Shown here piece by piece: positions 9,424-18,427 of a DNA stretch of 63,425 nt. Every line of letters starts with the position of its first letter. Position 1 is the stretch's first letter. The DNA is taken from assembly GCA_964421495.1 (NCBI GenBank), contig CAYQXO010000001.1, forward strand, positions 1 through 63,425, given 5' to 3'. The stretch comes from an uncultured Balneolaceae bacterium. Its GTDB lineage: Bacteria; Bacteroidota; Rhodothermia; Balneolales; Balneolaceae. Made by a program: the position numbers and the translations under genes. The notes beneath the pieces are model-generated. The model was not told where the DNA came from. It ran no database searches and saw nothing but the letters and a program-made list of their open reading frames with translations.

Positions 9424-11505
9424 ATGGATATACTGGTCGATACAAGTACCATTACAAAGGATATGTCCGGTACGGGCGTGTATACGCGCGGGCTGCTTGC
9501 CTCTTTATTATCCCGTAAAGCGGTAGATCGGGTTACGGCGGTAGGGGGCGACTTGTCGCATTTTTCGACGAATAAGGGGGACAAGCTTCATCACGTTTTC
9601 GGAGGTCGTACGGATTGGCATACCCTGTTGAACCGGGATCTGGCGGGTAATCGGCCTAATTTGCAGGCGGATCTTGCCCTGTTTCCCAACTATTTTATGC
9701 CCCCCGGTTTTTCGATTCCTTCGCTGGTAACGGTCCATGATGTATCATTTTTATCGCATCCCCGGTTCTACACCCGTCGGATGAGGCTGTTTTATCGAAA
9801 GCGAATTTTACACAGTTTCAGACGGGCCGACGCCATTCTAACGGTCAGTCAAAGTTCCCGTGACACTATTGCGCGCTATTATCCTGATTACCGTTCCAAA
9901 TTAAAGGTCGTTCGTCCCGGATACCGGTTGGCGGCTGACCGAAGTCGGTTCACTAACGGATCTTCAGCGGGATCGACCCGAACCCTGATATACCTGGGAA
10001 CGGTGGAGCCCCGGAAAAATATACTGTCCATGCTGGAGGGGTTTCAACAGGCGGAGCTGACCGATACGCGGCTTTTTTTAATTGGAAAAATGAATGGGAC
10101 TTACCGGTATGTGCAAAAAGTACGCAAAAAACTTTCTTCCATATCCCATGCAAAGTACCTGGGATACCTACCGGATGAAACGGTTAGATCGTATATATCC
10201 CGGGCTGACGGGGTAGTCAATGTGTCAAAGCTGGAGGGCTTCGGCTTTTCCATATTGGAGGCGCTGGCCGGGGGACTGCCTTGCATGATCTCGGAGGATC
10301 CGGCGCTTATGGAACTTGCAGACGGCCATGCGGTAACGGTGGATGCCCATTCGATAGAATCGATATCAGAGGGTTTTCAAAAGTTGTGCAACCGGGACCA
10401 TTCGGGCGTCGAGCGGTATGCCGAAACAATACGGGATTCTTTGACCTGGGACGCCTTTGGGCGAAAAATGGTGCAACACCTTAAGCAGGTTCAAAAAGAG
10501 CGGTTGCCCGAGATGAAATCCTGTAACATTACGGACCATTCAATTCAGCAGGAAATATTGGAAGCTCTTGCCTACAGCGCCGTATTTGAGGCTCCCATAG
10601 AGAAGAAAAAGCTGTATCAGGGGCTGGGGACGAAGGTGGACTATGCAACTTTTTCCAAACAATTGAATCACCTGAAAAGCAGGGCTCCTTCGCTTGTCGA
10701 ACAGGAGGGATACTTTTACTCGCTCCAACCCTGGGCCCGGGACGGGAAAGAGTATGTAACCGAAAAATACAGAAACCGGCAATTTCTGTTGAAATACCGG
10801 GATGTTTTACGGCGAATTGACCGGCTGCCATTCATTCAAGGCTTGTACTTTTCCGGCGGTTCCGTGCATGGAAGCCAGTTGGAACAGCGAGATCTCGATT
10901 TATTTATTGTGACGCAGTCCAATCGAATATGGCTGGTTTATGCCATGTTAAAAGTGATTTCGAAGTTCCTGATGCACAAATCCGTGCTGTGTTTCAACTA
11001 CCTGGTGGATAGCGAAGCACTGCGCATCCGATACCAGCAGGATTATTTTACGGCTCATCAACTGCTTTACCTTCAACCCGCCCTGCCGGACAAGGAGTAT
11101 CCCGATTTACAAGCACACAATCGATGGATCAGAACATATTTCCCCAATGCTCCTTATTCTGAACTTGAACAGGAAAAGGCAAATGCGACAGCTTCAAATT
11201 CCCGCGATAACTCCGGCAGTTTATGGAATCCGCTCAACCTGCTGAACCTGTTGCTGATGACCTGCTTCAGCTTTGCATGGCGACGGAAGGGGCTTGGCAA
11301 CCTGGAGGGTGGTCTTATGTGGGATGCTCATCGGATCAAACTGCATACCAACGATCATCGACCGTGGATCTATCGAAGATTCAATGAAATTATGCGAGAT
11401 GTAAAAGATCGTACCGGATATCTTTTCGATAGATCAAGTGCACGGTTTGCGGATGGGGAAGAGGCCCCCTCCGTAAAAGAAGACGAGACGGAACTGACGG
11501 GATAA
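9424..11505 (+). CDS. GT4-type glycosyltransferase fused to a C-terminal nucleotidyltransferase-fold-like domain
   Basis: ATG start. The N-terminal ~360 aa carry the GT1/GT4 signature EGFGFSILEALAGGLPCMIS. The C-terminal ~330 aa carry a Pol-beta-type NTase motif, SGGSVHGSQLEQRDLDLFIV (G-S-x9-D-x-D). Confidence 0.7.
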   Translation: MDILVDTSTITKDMSGTGVYTRGLLASLLSRKAVDRVTAVGGDLSHFSTNKGDKLHHVFGGRTDWHTLLNRDLAGNRPNLQADLALFPNYFMPPGFSIPSLVTVHDVSFLSHPRFYTRRMRLFYRKRILHSFRRADAILTVSQSSRDTIARYYPDYRSKLKVVRPGYRLAADRSRFTNGSSAGSTRTLIYLGTVEPRKNILSMLEGFQQAELTDTRLFLIGKMNGTYRYVQKVRKKLSSISHAKYLGYLPDETVRSYISRADGVVNVSKLEGFGFSILEALAGGLPCMISEDPALMELADGHAVTVDAHSIESISEGFQKLCNRDHSGVERYAETIRDSLTWDAFGRKMVQHLKQVQKERLPEMKSCNITDHSIQQEILEALAYSAVFEAPIEKKKLYQGLGTKVDYATFSKQLNHLKSRAPSLVEQEGYFYSLQPWARDGKEYVTEKYRNRQFLLKYRDVLRRIDRLPFIQGLYFSGGSVHGSQLEQRDLDLFIVTQSNRIWLVYAMLKVISKFLMHKSVLCFNYLVDSEALRIRYQQDYFTAHQLLYLQPALPDKEYPDLQAHNRWIRTYFPNAPYSELEQEKANATASNSRDNSGSLWNPLNLLNLLLMTCFSFAWRRKGLGNLEGGLMWDAHRIKLHTNDHRPWIYRRFNEIMRDVKDRTGYLFDRSSARFADGEEAPSVKEDETELTG

Positions 11506-11581
11506 AAAATATACGGCTTTTGACGGACGGGAACGACGGTTCGATTCACAGGGTCAAAAGTTCCAGCACAAATTTCTTGTT

Positions 11582-11712
11582 GAGTACGACGCGAAGCTTA
11601 ACGAGCAGGGCAATTCCCGCGTTAGCGCTCAGAGCGGAGCGATTCCCGCGCAGTGCTCCGAGTGTCAGCGATTTCCGCAATGCGCATCTAGCGAAGTGAC
11701 ATTCGGGCCAGG
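11582..11712. repeat. Dispersed 28-29-bp-unit intergenic repeat, locus R1 (reverse orientation)
   Basis: Contains AATTCCCGCGTTAGCGCTCAGAGCGGAGCGATTCCCGCGCAGTGCTCCGAGTGTCAGCGATTTCCGC. This is the reverse complement of the CGCGGGAATCGCT...GGTGCAC... / ...CTCTGAGCGCT units seen at 25.8, 36.1, 39.6 and 42.6 kb. Confidence 0.8.
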
Positions 11713-11756
11713 CTCCGACAAACTTTTAGGATTTAATTAATCATATCAGCCAGGAT

Positions 11757-11800
11757 TCTCTCGGACTATTTCGGATCGTAGCGAGTAAAAGTCCGAGAGA
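11757..11800. repeat. Hairpin repeat element, copy 2
   Basis: TCTCTCGGACT (11757-11767) pairs perfectly with AGTCCGAGAGA (11790-11800). The loop contains the same TTCGGATCGTAGCGA as copy 1. Confidence 0.8.
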
Positions 11801-11829
11801 TTTCTGGTAAAATTCATAACTCAAAAATT

Positions 11830-13380
11830 ATGTCGGCAAAAATTCTTTTCGGTCAGTCGTATTATCTGCGTTTCGATAACAAACTATGGGAGGCGATGCA
11901 GCCGTATCCGCCGCTGGGTACGCTTTATGCGGCTTCCTATATACGCGAGAAGGGATACGAAGTGGCCATGTTCGACGCTATGCTGGCTGACTCCGAACAA
12001 CGGTGGGCCGAAAAGCTGGATGAGGAGCAGCCCGACTACGCCGTAATTTACGAGGATAATTTCAATTACCTCTCAAAAATGTGTTTGCTGCGGATGCGAA
12101 AATCCGCCTTTAAAATGATTCGCATGGCGAGGGAGCGCGATATACCTGTTTTTGTGTGTGGTTCTGATGCCACGGACCGGGCCGAACAGTATCTCGACCG
12201 CGGTGCCGATTTTATTCTGAAGGGAGAGGGAGAGATTACCCTGGGTCGGCTGCTGGACCATCTGACCCGGGGCGAGCCGTCTTCTCCGATGAATATAAAA
12301 AGTTTGCTGTTCAAGCCTGAAGGAATGAACGAGGTGGTGAAAACCGAGGATCGGAAAAACATCCGGGACCTGGACCGGCTTCCGTTTCCGGCGAGGGATC
12401 TGGTCGATATAGACCGCTACAAGCAGGTCTGGCAGCGGAATCATGGGTATTTTGCGTTGAACATGGTAACGACGCGCGGATGCCCTTTTCATTGCAACTG
12501 GTGTGCCAAGCCGATCTGGGGACAGCGCTACAACGCCCGTTCTCCCGAAAATGTGGTGGAGGAGATGGTGGCAATAAAAAAACGGTACGATCCCGATTAT
12601 ATCTGGTTTGCCGACGATATCATGGGATTGAAGCCGCGCTGGATGGGAAAGTTTGCGGATTTACTGGAGAAGCGCGACATGGAAATCCCTTTTCAGTGTT
12701 TGAATCGCCCCGACCTGCTTCTGCGGGACGGAGATATCAAGTCGCTGGCCCGTGCGGGCTGCGATATGGTGTGGATGGGAGCCGAGTCGGGATCCCAGAA
12801 AGTGCTGGATGCGATGGAAAAGGGGACCAAAGTGGAGCAAATCCATCAAGCGGCCGACCGACTGCATGAGGAGGGAATCAAGGTGGGATTTTTTATTCAA
12901 TTCGGGTATCCCGGCGAGGAGTGGGAGGATATAGAAAAAACCCGGCAATTGATCCGGTCCGCCGAACCCGATGACATCGGTATCTCGGTTTCCTATCCGC
13001 TTCCGGGAACGAAGTTTTATGAACGGGTCAGGGAGCAGTTGGGCGACAAACAGAACTGGGTCGACTCGGAGGACCTGGATATGATGTTCCAGGGTCCGTA
13101 TGACACGCGATTCTATCGAAAATTGCATACGGTGGTCCACCGGGAGTTCATCGTCCGCCGTGCCTTGAAATCGGTCGGTCGCAAGCTCAAACAATCCCCG
13201 CTTCGCTGGTCCCGCCAGGATCTTAAAGAATTGGCGCGTATCGGTTATCATGGCCTGTTATTCCCATTCGACCGACTTCGACTCAATCAACTTGCCCGCA
13301 TACCGAGCGACGGATTTAAACAACTTCCAACCTTTTTGAGCCGGGAAGAAGCTGCTACGCCAACTCCTCAAGTTAAATAG
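11830..13380 (+). CDS. B12-binding-domain radical SAM enzyme (class B-like)
   Basis: ATG start. The N-terminal region resembles a B12-binding Rossmann domain. The radical SAM cluster motif CPFHCNWC is encoded at 12481-12504, followed by a GAESGS-type SAM-binding strand. Confidence 0.8.
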   Translation: MSAKILFGQSYYLRFDNKLWEAMQPYPPLGTLYAASYIREKGYEVAMFDAMLADSEQRWAEKLDEEQPDYAVIYEDNFNYLSKMCLLRMRKSAFKMIRMARERDIPVFVCGSDATDRAEQYLDRGADFILKGEGEITLGRLLDHLTRGEPSSPMNIKSLLFKPEGMNEVVKTEDRKNIRDLDRLPFPARDLVDIDRYKQVWQRNHGYFALNMVTTRGCPFHCNWCAKPIWGQRYNARSPENVVEEMVAIKKRYDPDYIWFADDIMGLKPRWMGKFADLLEKRDMEIPFQCLNRPDLLLRDGDIKSLARAGCDMVWMGAESGSQKVLDAMEKGTKVEQIHQAADRLHEEGIKVGFFIQFGYPGEEWEDIEKTRQLIRSAEPDDIGISVSYPLPGTKFYERVREQLGDKQNWVDSEDLDMMFQGPYDTRFYRKLHTVVHREFIVRRALKSVGRKLKQSPLRWSRQDLKELARIGYHGLLFPFDRLRLNQLARIPSDGFKQLPTFLSREEAATPTPQVK

Positions 13381-13388
13381 GTTGATTT

Positions 13389-14240
13389 ATGTTTCAAGAT
13401 AAAAGGCGTGTTACGGAGCGTTCAATATCACCCGACTTCAGAAAATTACAAGATACACAGCGGGCTTTTGACAAGGTAGCGGCCGATTACGACGGGACGT
13501 TGGGGAACAATGCGTTAATTCAAAGGCTGAGAAAACATTTTTTATCGGTAGTCCGGCAGTATACCACCGCCGGCGATCATCTGTTGGATGTAGGTTGTGG
13601 GACCGGTCTCGATGCGGTAAGCCTGGCTCGGGCCGGTCGGTGGATCACCGCCGTTGATTGGTCCGATGCGATGGTGGGGCGGACCCGAAAAAGAGCTGAA
13701 AAGGAAAATCTGGCCGATCGTGTTTTCGCTCACCAGATGGGAGCCCATGAAATCACCAATTTCCCGTCTGATCACTTTAATGTTATATATTCCGATCTGG
13801 GGGCCCTTAACTGTATTATGAACCAGGATGCATTTGCCCGTCAGTGCCGGCGCGTATTAAAGAGCGAGGGGTACCTTGTTGCCAGCGTTATCGGACGTAT
13901 ATGCCCCTGGGAAATATTCTACTACTTGTTCCGGGGAAAATGGAAGCGGGCGTTGATTCGTCTGAAGCGGGAGCCGGTAGCGGTTAATTTGGAAGGTGAA
14001 AAAGTATGGACCCAATATTTTACGCCGAGAGAATTTATCGATCACTATGAACCATCCTTTGAAGTTACCCGACTTCGGTCGATGAACCTGTTTGCGCCGC
14101 CGCCCTACCTGGTAGCATGGTACCATAAATATCCCCAATGGTTTGCAAGGGGGGAGCAATTGGATGTAAAGTCGGGCGATTGGCCGATTCTGCGCAGCAT
14201 GGGAGACCATTTTCTGGTGGTATTGAAGAAAAAGGATTGA
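13389..14240 (+). CDS. Class I SAM-dependent methyltransferase
   Basis: ATG start 8 nt after the preceding stop. Motif I is LLDVGCGTGLDA. Size and layout match Methyltransf_11/25-type enzymes. Confidence 0.8.
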   Translation: MFQDKRRVTERSISPDFRKLQDTQRAFDKVAADYDGTLGNNALIQRLRKHFLSVVRQYTTAGDHLLDVGCGTGLDAVSLARAGRWITAVDWSDAMVGRTRKRAEKENLADRVFAHQMGAHEITNFPSDHFNVIYSDLGALNCIMNQDAFARQCRRVLKSEGYLVASVIGRICPWEIFYYLFRGKWKRALIRLKREPVAVNLEGEKVWTQYFTPREFIDHYEPSFEVTRLRSMNLFAPPPYLVAWYHKYPQWFARGEQLDVKSGDWPILRSMGDHFLVVLKKKD

Positions 14241-14241
14241 T

Positions 14242-15927
14242 ATGCCGGTAAAAACACCTCATACCGAGACGAATGCCATCCGCCTTGCTTGTCCCCTGTG
14301 CAAAGAGGAACTGGACCGGCAGGGGGAGCAGGGTATATGTCCGCACTGTGGTAGTTCCTACATAAAAGAGGACGGGTATTGGGATATGATGCCTTCGTCC
14401 ACCCGGGAAAAATATGAATCATTTGCAGATAAATACTCCAGGATTCGAAAACGGGAAGGATGGAGTATCGATCGGACCGAATATTTTAATCGGTTACCGT
14501 ATCAGGATCTATCCGGTAATTTTACCCACCTGTGGAAGCGACGAGCCCGACACTGGAAAACATTTCTCAGGCAGGTACTTTATCCGTTGGAAGAGCGGCG
14601 CCAACGTCCCTTGAAAGTACTTGAGGCTGGAACAGGTAACGGGTGGGCAGCCAACAGGTTATCCAAAAGAGGCCATACGGTGTGGGCCGTTGATGTAAAT
14701 GCGGATATAACTGAGGGATTGGGAGCTCACCGACATTACTCCACCCCATTTCAATCCGTCCGGGCCCCTTTCAATCAGTTGCCGTTTCCGAAGCGCGTAT
14801 TTGATCTCGTTTTATTCAACGGTGCATTGCACTACACGAGCTCCCTGGAAGATTCCCTTGATGAAGCCCTCCGGGTGCTCCGGTACGGGGGAGTGCTCGT
14901 TATTATGGACACGCCCGTATATGAAGATGAATCGACCGGCTGTACGATGGTCGAGGAAAAGCTCCGTTACCTGGAGCAATTAGATGCCCCGGAAGACCTG
15001 GTAAATGGAAACATTCATTTTTTGACGTTCGATGAGCTTCGTGATCAAGTTATTAAGCGAAATTGCAACTTACGTTTTTACGAGCCGGGCTTGCCGTGGA
15101 TGGAACGCCTGCGGAAGGGGTGGCGCCGGTTGCAGGGGAGCCGGAAGGAAGCTGAAATGCCCGTTATGGTCATTTGCCGCCGCTGGCCGATTCACCGTAA
15201 AAACCCGGTTCGCTATTCCCTGGTACGTCAAATCAAGGTGGCCAAGCTGCTATGGCTTGTGGTGCTTCGGCTGTATATACGCGTAGTTAAGCGTTTCTAT
15301 TATAATCGGGGGACCACCGAGCAAATATTCGGGTTTGACGTATATGTGGCAAAACAGGTATTCAATCCGGTCCAGTTGCGCTCGGGCAAACTGTTGGCCG
15401 GGGCACTTCAGGATCATAACGGGTTATTTCGAAAAGGGGATACCGTGCTGGAGCTGGGTACCGGAACCGGAATCGGGGCCCTGGCGGCGGCCCGGCAAGG
15501 GGGACATGTAGTGGCTACGGATAAAAATCCCCATGCCGTTCGATGCGCGCAACAAAATGCAGCCCGGAACGGCCTCGGTGAAAAAATTGAGGTCAGGGAG
15601 GGGGACCTGTTTGACCCCCTGGACAAGGAGCAATTCGACAAGATACTGTTCAATCCGCCTTATTATTACGGTACGCCGACCGATTATCTCGACCTGGCGT
15701 GGCAGTCTGAAAATATTCCTCGACGTTTGGCGGAGCAGACAGGCGATTATTTGGCTCCCGACGGAATGCTATTATTGATGCTATCCGATCGGGGAGAGCC
15801 CGAGGAGTTCCTGTGGCAGCTCTGTAAACAGGGCTTTTATATAGAAGAATGGCTCCATCGCGATTATGTAAATGAGATACTAACCCTCTATAAAATTACG
15901 GCAGCAACCCATGATTCTACTATTTAA
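14242..15927 (+). CDS. Three-module protein: Cys4 zinc ribbon, class I methyltransferase, and NPPY-type (HemK/Mtq2-like) methyltransferase
   Basis: ATG lies 1 nt after the preceding stop. The zinc ribbon is CPLCKEEL...CPHCGSSY. The first MTase has motif I VLEAGTGNGW. The second MTase has motif I VLELGTGTGIGA and the catalytic motif FNPPYYYG (nt 15649-15672). Confidence 0.75.
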   Translation: MPVKTPHTETNAIRLACPLCKEELDRQGEQGICPHCGSSYIKEDGYWDMMPSSTREKYESFADKYSRIRKREGWSIDRTEYFNRLPYQDLSGNFTHLWKRRARHWKTFLRQVLYPLEERRQRPLKVLEAGTGNGWAANRLSKRGHTVWAVDVNADITEGLGAHRHYSTPFQSVRAPFNQLPFPKRVFDLVLFNGALHYTSSLEDSLDEALRVLRYGGVLVIMDTPVYEDESTGCTMVEEKLRYLEQLDAPEDLVNGNIHFLTFDELRDQVIKRNCNLRFYEPGLPWMERLRKGWRRLQGSRKEAEMPVMVICRRWPIHRKNPVRYSLVRQIKVAKLLWLVVLRLYIRVVKRFYYNRGTTEQIFGFDVYVAKQVFNPVQLRSGKLLAGALQDHNGLFRKGDTVLELGTGTGIGALAAARQGGHVVATDKNPHAVRCAQQNAARNGLGEKIEVREGDLFDPLDKEQFDKILFNPPYYYGTPTDYLDLAWQSENIPRRLAEQTGDYLAPDGMLLLMLSDRGEPEEFLWQLCKQGFYIEEWLHRDYVNEILTLYKITAATHDSTI

Positions 15928-17392
15928 TCCGCAAAGTAATCCACAGCAAAAACCGGTTTTACCCATCGCCCTGCTAACGCTGGGATCGGTGTTGGAGCGG
16001 GAGTATGACTATCGTATCATCGATGGAAATTTGTCCGATGAGCCCGTGGAGGATATCAGCGAGCAAGTTCGCACCACGGGAGCCGATATCCTGGGCGTGA
16101 CGGTGATGGGCGGTCCGCAGTTGCAGCATGCGGTACCCGCGTGCAGGCGGATCAAGCAAAAACATCCCGGGCTGACGATCGTATGGGGTGGATATTTCCC
16201 GACGCAGCACTACGAAATTTGTCTGAAAGCGCCGTATGTGGATTATGTGGTACGTGGACATGGCGAGTATGTATTTAAGGAGCTGATCGACAAACTAAGG
16301 GGTAAGGGCGATATTCAGGAAATGGAGTGGGACGGAATTGCGTACCGGGATGAACAATCCTCGTTGACGGTCACCGACCCGGTCGCCTCCATCCCGGATC
16401 CGGAGCAGCTTCCTGCTTTGCCGTATCACAAGCTGCCGATTGAGCAATATGTGCGATCAACGTACCTGGGATCCCGAACCCTGTCTCACCATTCCAGCTA
16501 TGGGTGTCCGTTTAAATGTAACTTTTGCGCCGTGGTCAACATGGTGGACGGTAAATGGAAACCCCAATCGGCCGAGCGCACCGCCGGGACTGTAAAGATG
16601 ATGCAGCAAAAGTGGGGTGTTAACGGCATTGAATTCTTTGATAACAATTTTTTCGTTCACGAGAGGCGAACGGCCGAATTCTCCGATCGAATCAGGGATC
16701 TGGACGTCAATTGGTGGGGCGAGGCCCGAGTCGACACGATGATGAAATACCGGGAGGAAACCTGGCGTAAAATGAGGGACAGTGGACTCAAGATGCTGTT
16801 TCTGGGAGCCGAATCCGGGTCCGACGAAACCCTTCAGCGTATGAATAAAGGGGGCAAAGCCTCCACGCAGAAAACCCTGGACCTGGTTCGGCGAATGAAG
16901 CGATTTGGCGTAGTTCCGGAGCTGTCCTTCGTTATGGGCAATCCTCCCGAGCCCGAAAAGGATATCGATCAGACCATCCGGTTTATACGCAAGATTAAGC
17001 GCATTAACCCGGCCGCCGAAATTATCATGTATATGTACACCCCCGTTCCCCGGGCGGGAGAACTTTTCGAGCAGGCCAAGGCCAACGGTTTCGATTTCCC
17101 GGATACGTTGGAAGAGTGGATCAATGAGGAATGGAGGGAATTTTCAACACGGAGAAGTAAGCATATACCGTGGATTACGGACTCCATGCGGCAAAAGGTA
17201 CAAAATTTTGAGCGGGTGTTGAATGCCTATTATCCCACGGTTACCGACCAACGGTTGAACGGCTGGAAGCGAAATTTGCTGAAAACGGTAGGTGGATGGA
17301 GATACCATGCGGAAATTTACGATAACCCTCTGGAGTTGCGTGCGCTGCAAAAATGGATGCGGTATCAGCGACCCGAAACCAGCGGCTTTTAA
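15911..17392 (+). CDS. B12-binding-domain radical SAM enzyme (second copy, divergent from the first)
   Basis: The ATG overlaps the upstream gene by 17 nt. The cluster motif CPFKCNFC is encoded at 16505-16528. The N-terminal region resembles a B12-binding domain. Confidence 0.8.
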   Translation: MILLFNPQSNPQQKPVLPIALLTLGSVLEREYDYRIIDGNLSDEPVEDISEQVRTTGADILGVTVMGGPQLQHAVPACRRIKQKHPGLTIVWGGYFPTQHYEICLKAPYVDYVVRGHGEYVFKELIDKLRGKGDIQEMEWDGIAYRDEQSSLTVTDPVASIPDPEQLPALPYHKLPIEQYVRSTYLGSRTLSHHSSYGCPFKCNFCAVVNMVDGKWKPQSAERTAGTVKMMQQKWGVNGIEFFDNNFFVHERRTAEFSDRIRDLDVNWWGEARVDTMMKYREETWRKMRDSGLKMLFLGAESGSDETLQRMNKGGKASTQKTLDLVRRMKRFGVVPELSFVMGNPPEPEKDIDQTIRFIRKIKRINPAAEIIMYMYTPVPRAGELFEQAKANGFDFPDTLEEWINEEWREFSTRRSKHIPWITDSMRQKVQNFERVLNAYYPTVTDQRLNGWKRNLLKTVGGWRYHAEIYDNPLELRALQKWMRYQRPETSGF

Positions 17393-17398
17393 AGTATA

Positions 17399-17423
17399 GG
17401 GGGGCTCTGGTTGTTAGTCCCCC
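17399..17423. terminator. Possible bidirectional hairpin between convergent genes
   Basis: A G-run (17399-17404) pairs with a C-run (17419-17423) around a 9-nt loop, sitting between the radical SAM stop and the sulfotransferase stop. No clean U-tract, and the stem has a bulge. Confidence 0.25.
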
Positions 17424-17443
17424 GGTAGTATTCGGTGGTAAAA

Positions 17444-18376
17444 TCAACTGTATGGGTTGAGTCCCAGGCGCGACAAAAAGTATGACGCACGAATACGTAG
17501 CATTTCGGGGTTTGCCGGCATTTTTCCCGTTGATAATCTCCCTGTTCCTTCTACATAATTTTCGATTTTTCGAGCTTCCCGGGCAGATAGCACGCGGGTC
17601 CACTTATCCCGGTTCTGAGGCTCTATAGAATATTCAGATCCCGTATGGAATCCCGGTTCATTTCCGTAAGAGCTGTTGGTGACTCCCGGTTCCAGCATTT
17701 CTTTCTGGTAGGGTATGTTTACATAGGAGCAAACCCGCTTTAGTACCTTCCCGGGTTGATGGGTCAGTTGATGATAGGGAACCGTGAGTAGGCGGTGGTT
17801 GTAGCGATTTCTCATCAGTTTGGCGATTTTCAATAATGCGGAAATCCGGTGCAGGGCTTGTTTGCGTGTATCATAGGTGTGGTCGGGTTTATTATGCAAA
17901 TAGGAGGCGACGACCAGTTTTGGGTCCCGCTGCATAAAGAGTAGAGAGGCGTGGGGAAACCAACTCAGAATCAGGGGGATATAGAGGAAGTGATTCGGGG
18001 TTTTTTCGCCATATCGATCGGCCCGGTGATGAGTGGCAAAATAGCGCATGATATGGGCAAAGAGGGAGGTATGGCCGGGAGGCTGCTCACTTAAACTTTT
18101 AATGAGCGCTTCTTTTTGATTGTCAAGGGAGGCCAGGGAGGGGTCGCCCGACGTATGGAAAATTCGATCCACCAGGACAGAGGGATTAATGGAACCGAAA
18201 AAGGAGCCTATAAGACGTCGCTTGCCGAAAATGCGTGGAAAATAGTGGGTTTCCGGGCTGATGTATACGTTGGAATGGGCGTTCAAGCAATATCGCAGCA
18301 GGGTGGTACCCGAACGCGGCGCTCCCATAACGAAGACAGGGTGTTCCATTACAGGCGATGGATAAGTTGATCCCAT
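17444..18376 (-). CDS. Sulfotransferase family protein (PAPS-dependent type)
   Basis: ATG start. The N-terminal 5'-PSB-like loop is VFVMGAPRSGTTLL. Length is about 310 aa, typical of the family. Confidence 0.75.
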   Translation of the reverse strand: MGSTYPSPVMEHPVFVMGAPRSGTTLLRYCLNAHSNVYISPETHYFPRIFGKRRLIGSFFGSINPSVLVDRIFHTSGDPSLASLDNQKEALIKSLSEQPPGHTSLFAHIMRYFATHHRADRYGEKTPNHFLYIPLILSWFPHASLLFMQRDPKLVVASYLHNKPDHTYDTRKQALHRISALLKIAKLMRNRYNHRLLTVPYHQLTHQPGKVLKRVCSYVNIPYQKEMLEPGVTNSSYGNEPGFHTGSEYSIEPQNRDKWTRVLSAREARKIENYVEGTGRLSTGKMPANPEMLRIRASYFLSRLGLNPYS

Positions 18377-18427
18377 TTGAGTTATTGAGGTTTCAAAAAA
18401 GTTGCAAAAGCAGCTATGTAAAAGTCT

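Noticed and set aside
11538-11548. GGTTCGATTCA, resembling a tRNA T-loop.
   Set aside because: The flanking sequence cannot form a T-stem, acceptor stem or anticodon arm. I found no cloverleaf anywhere in the window.
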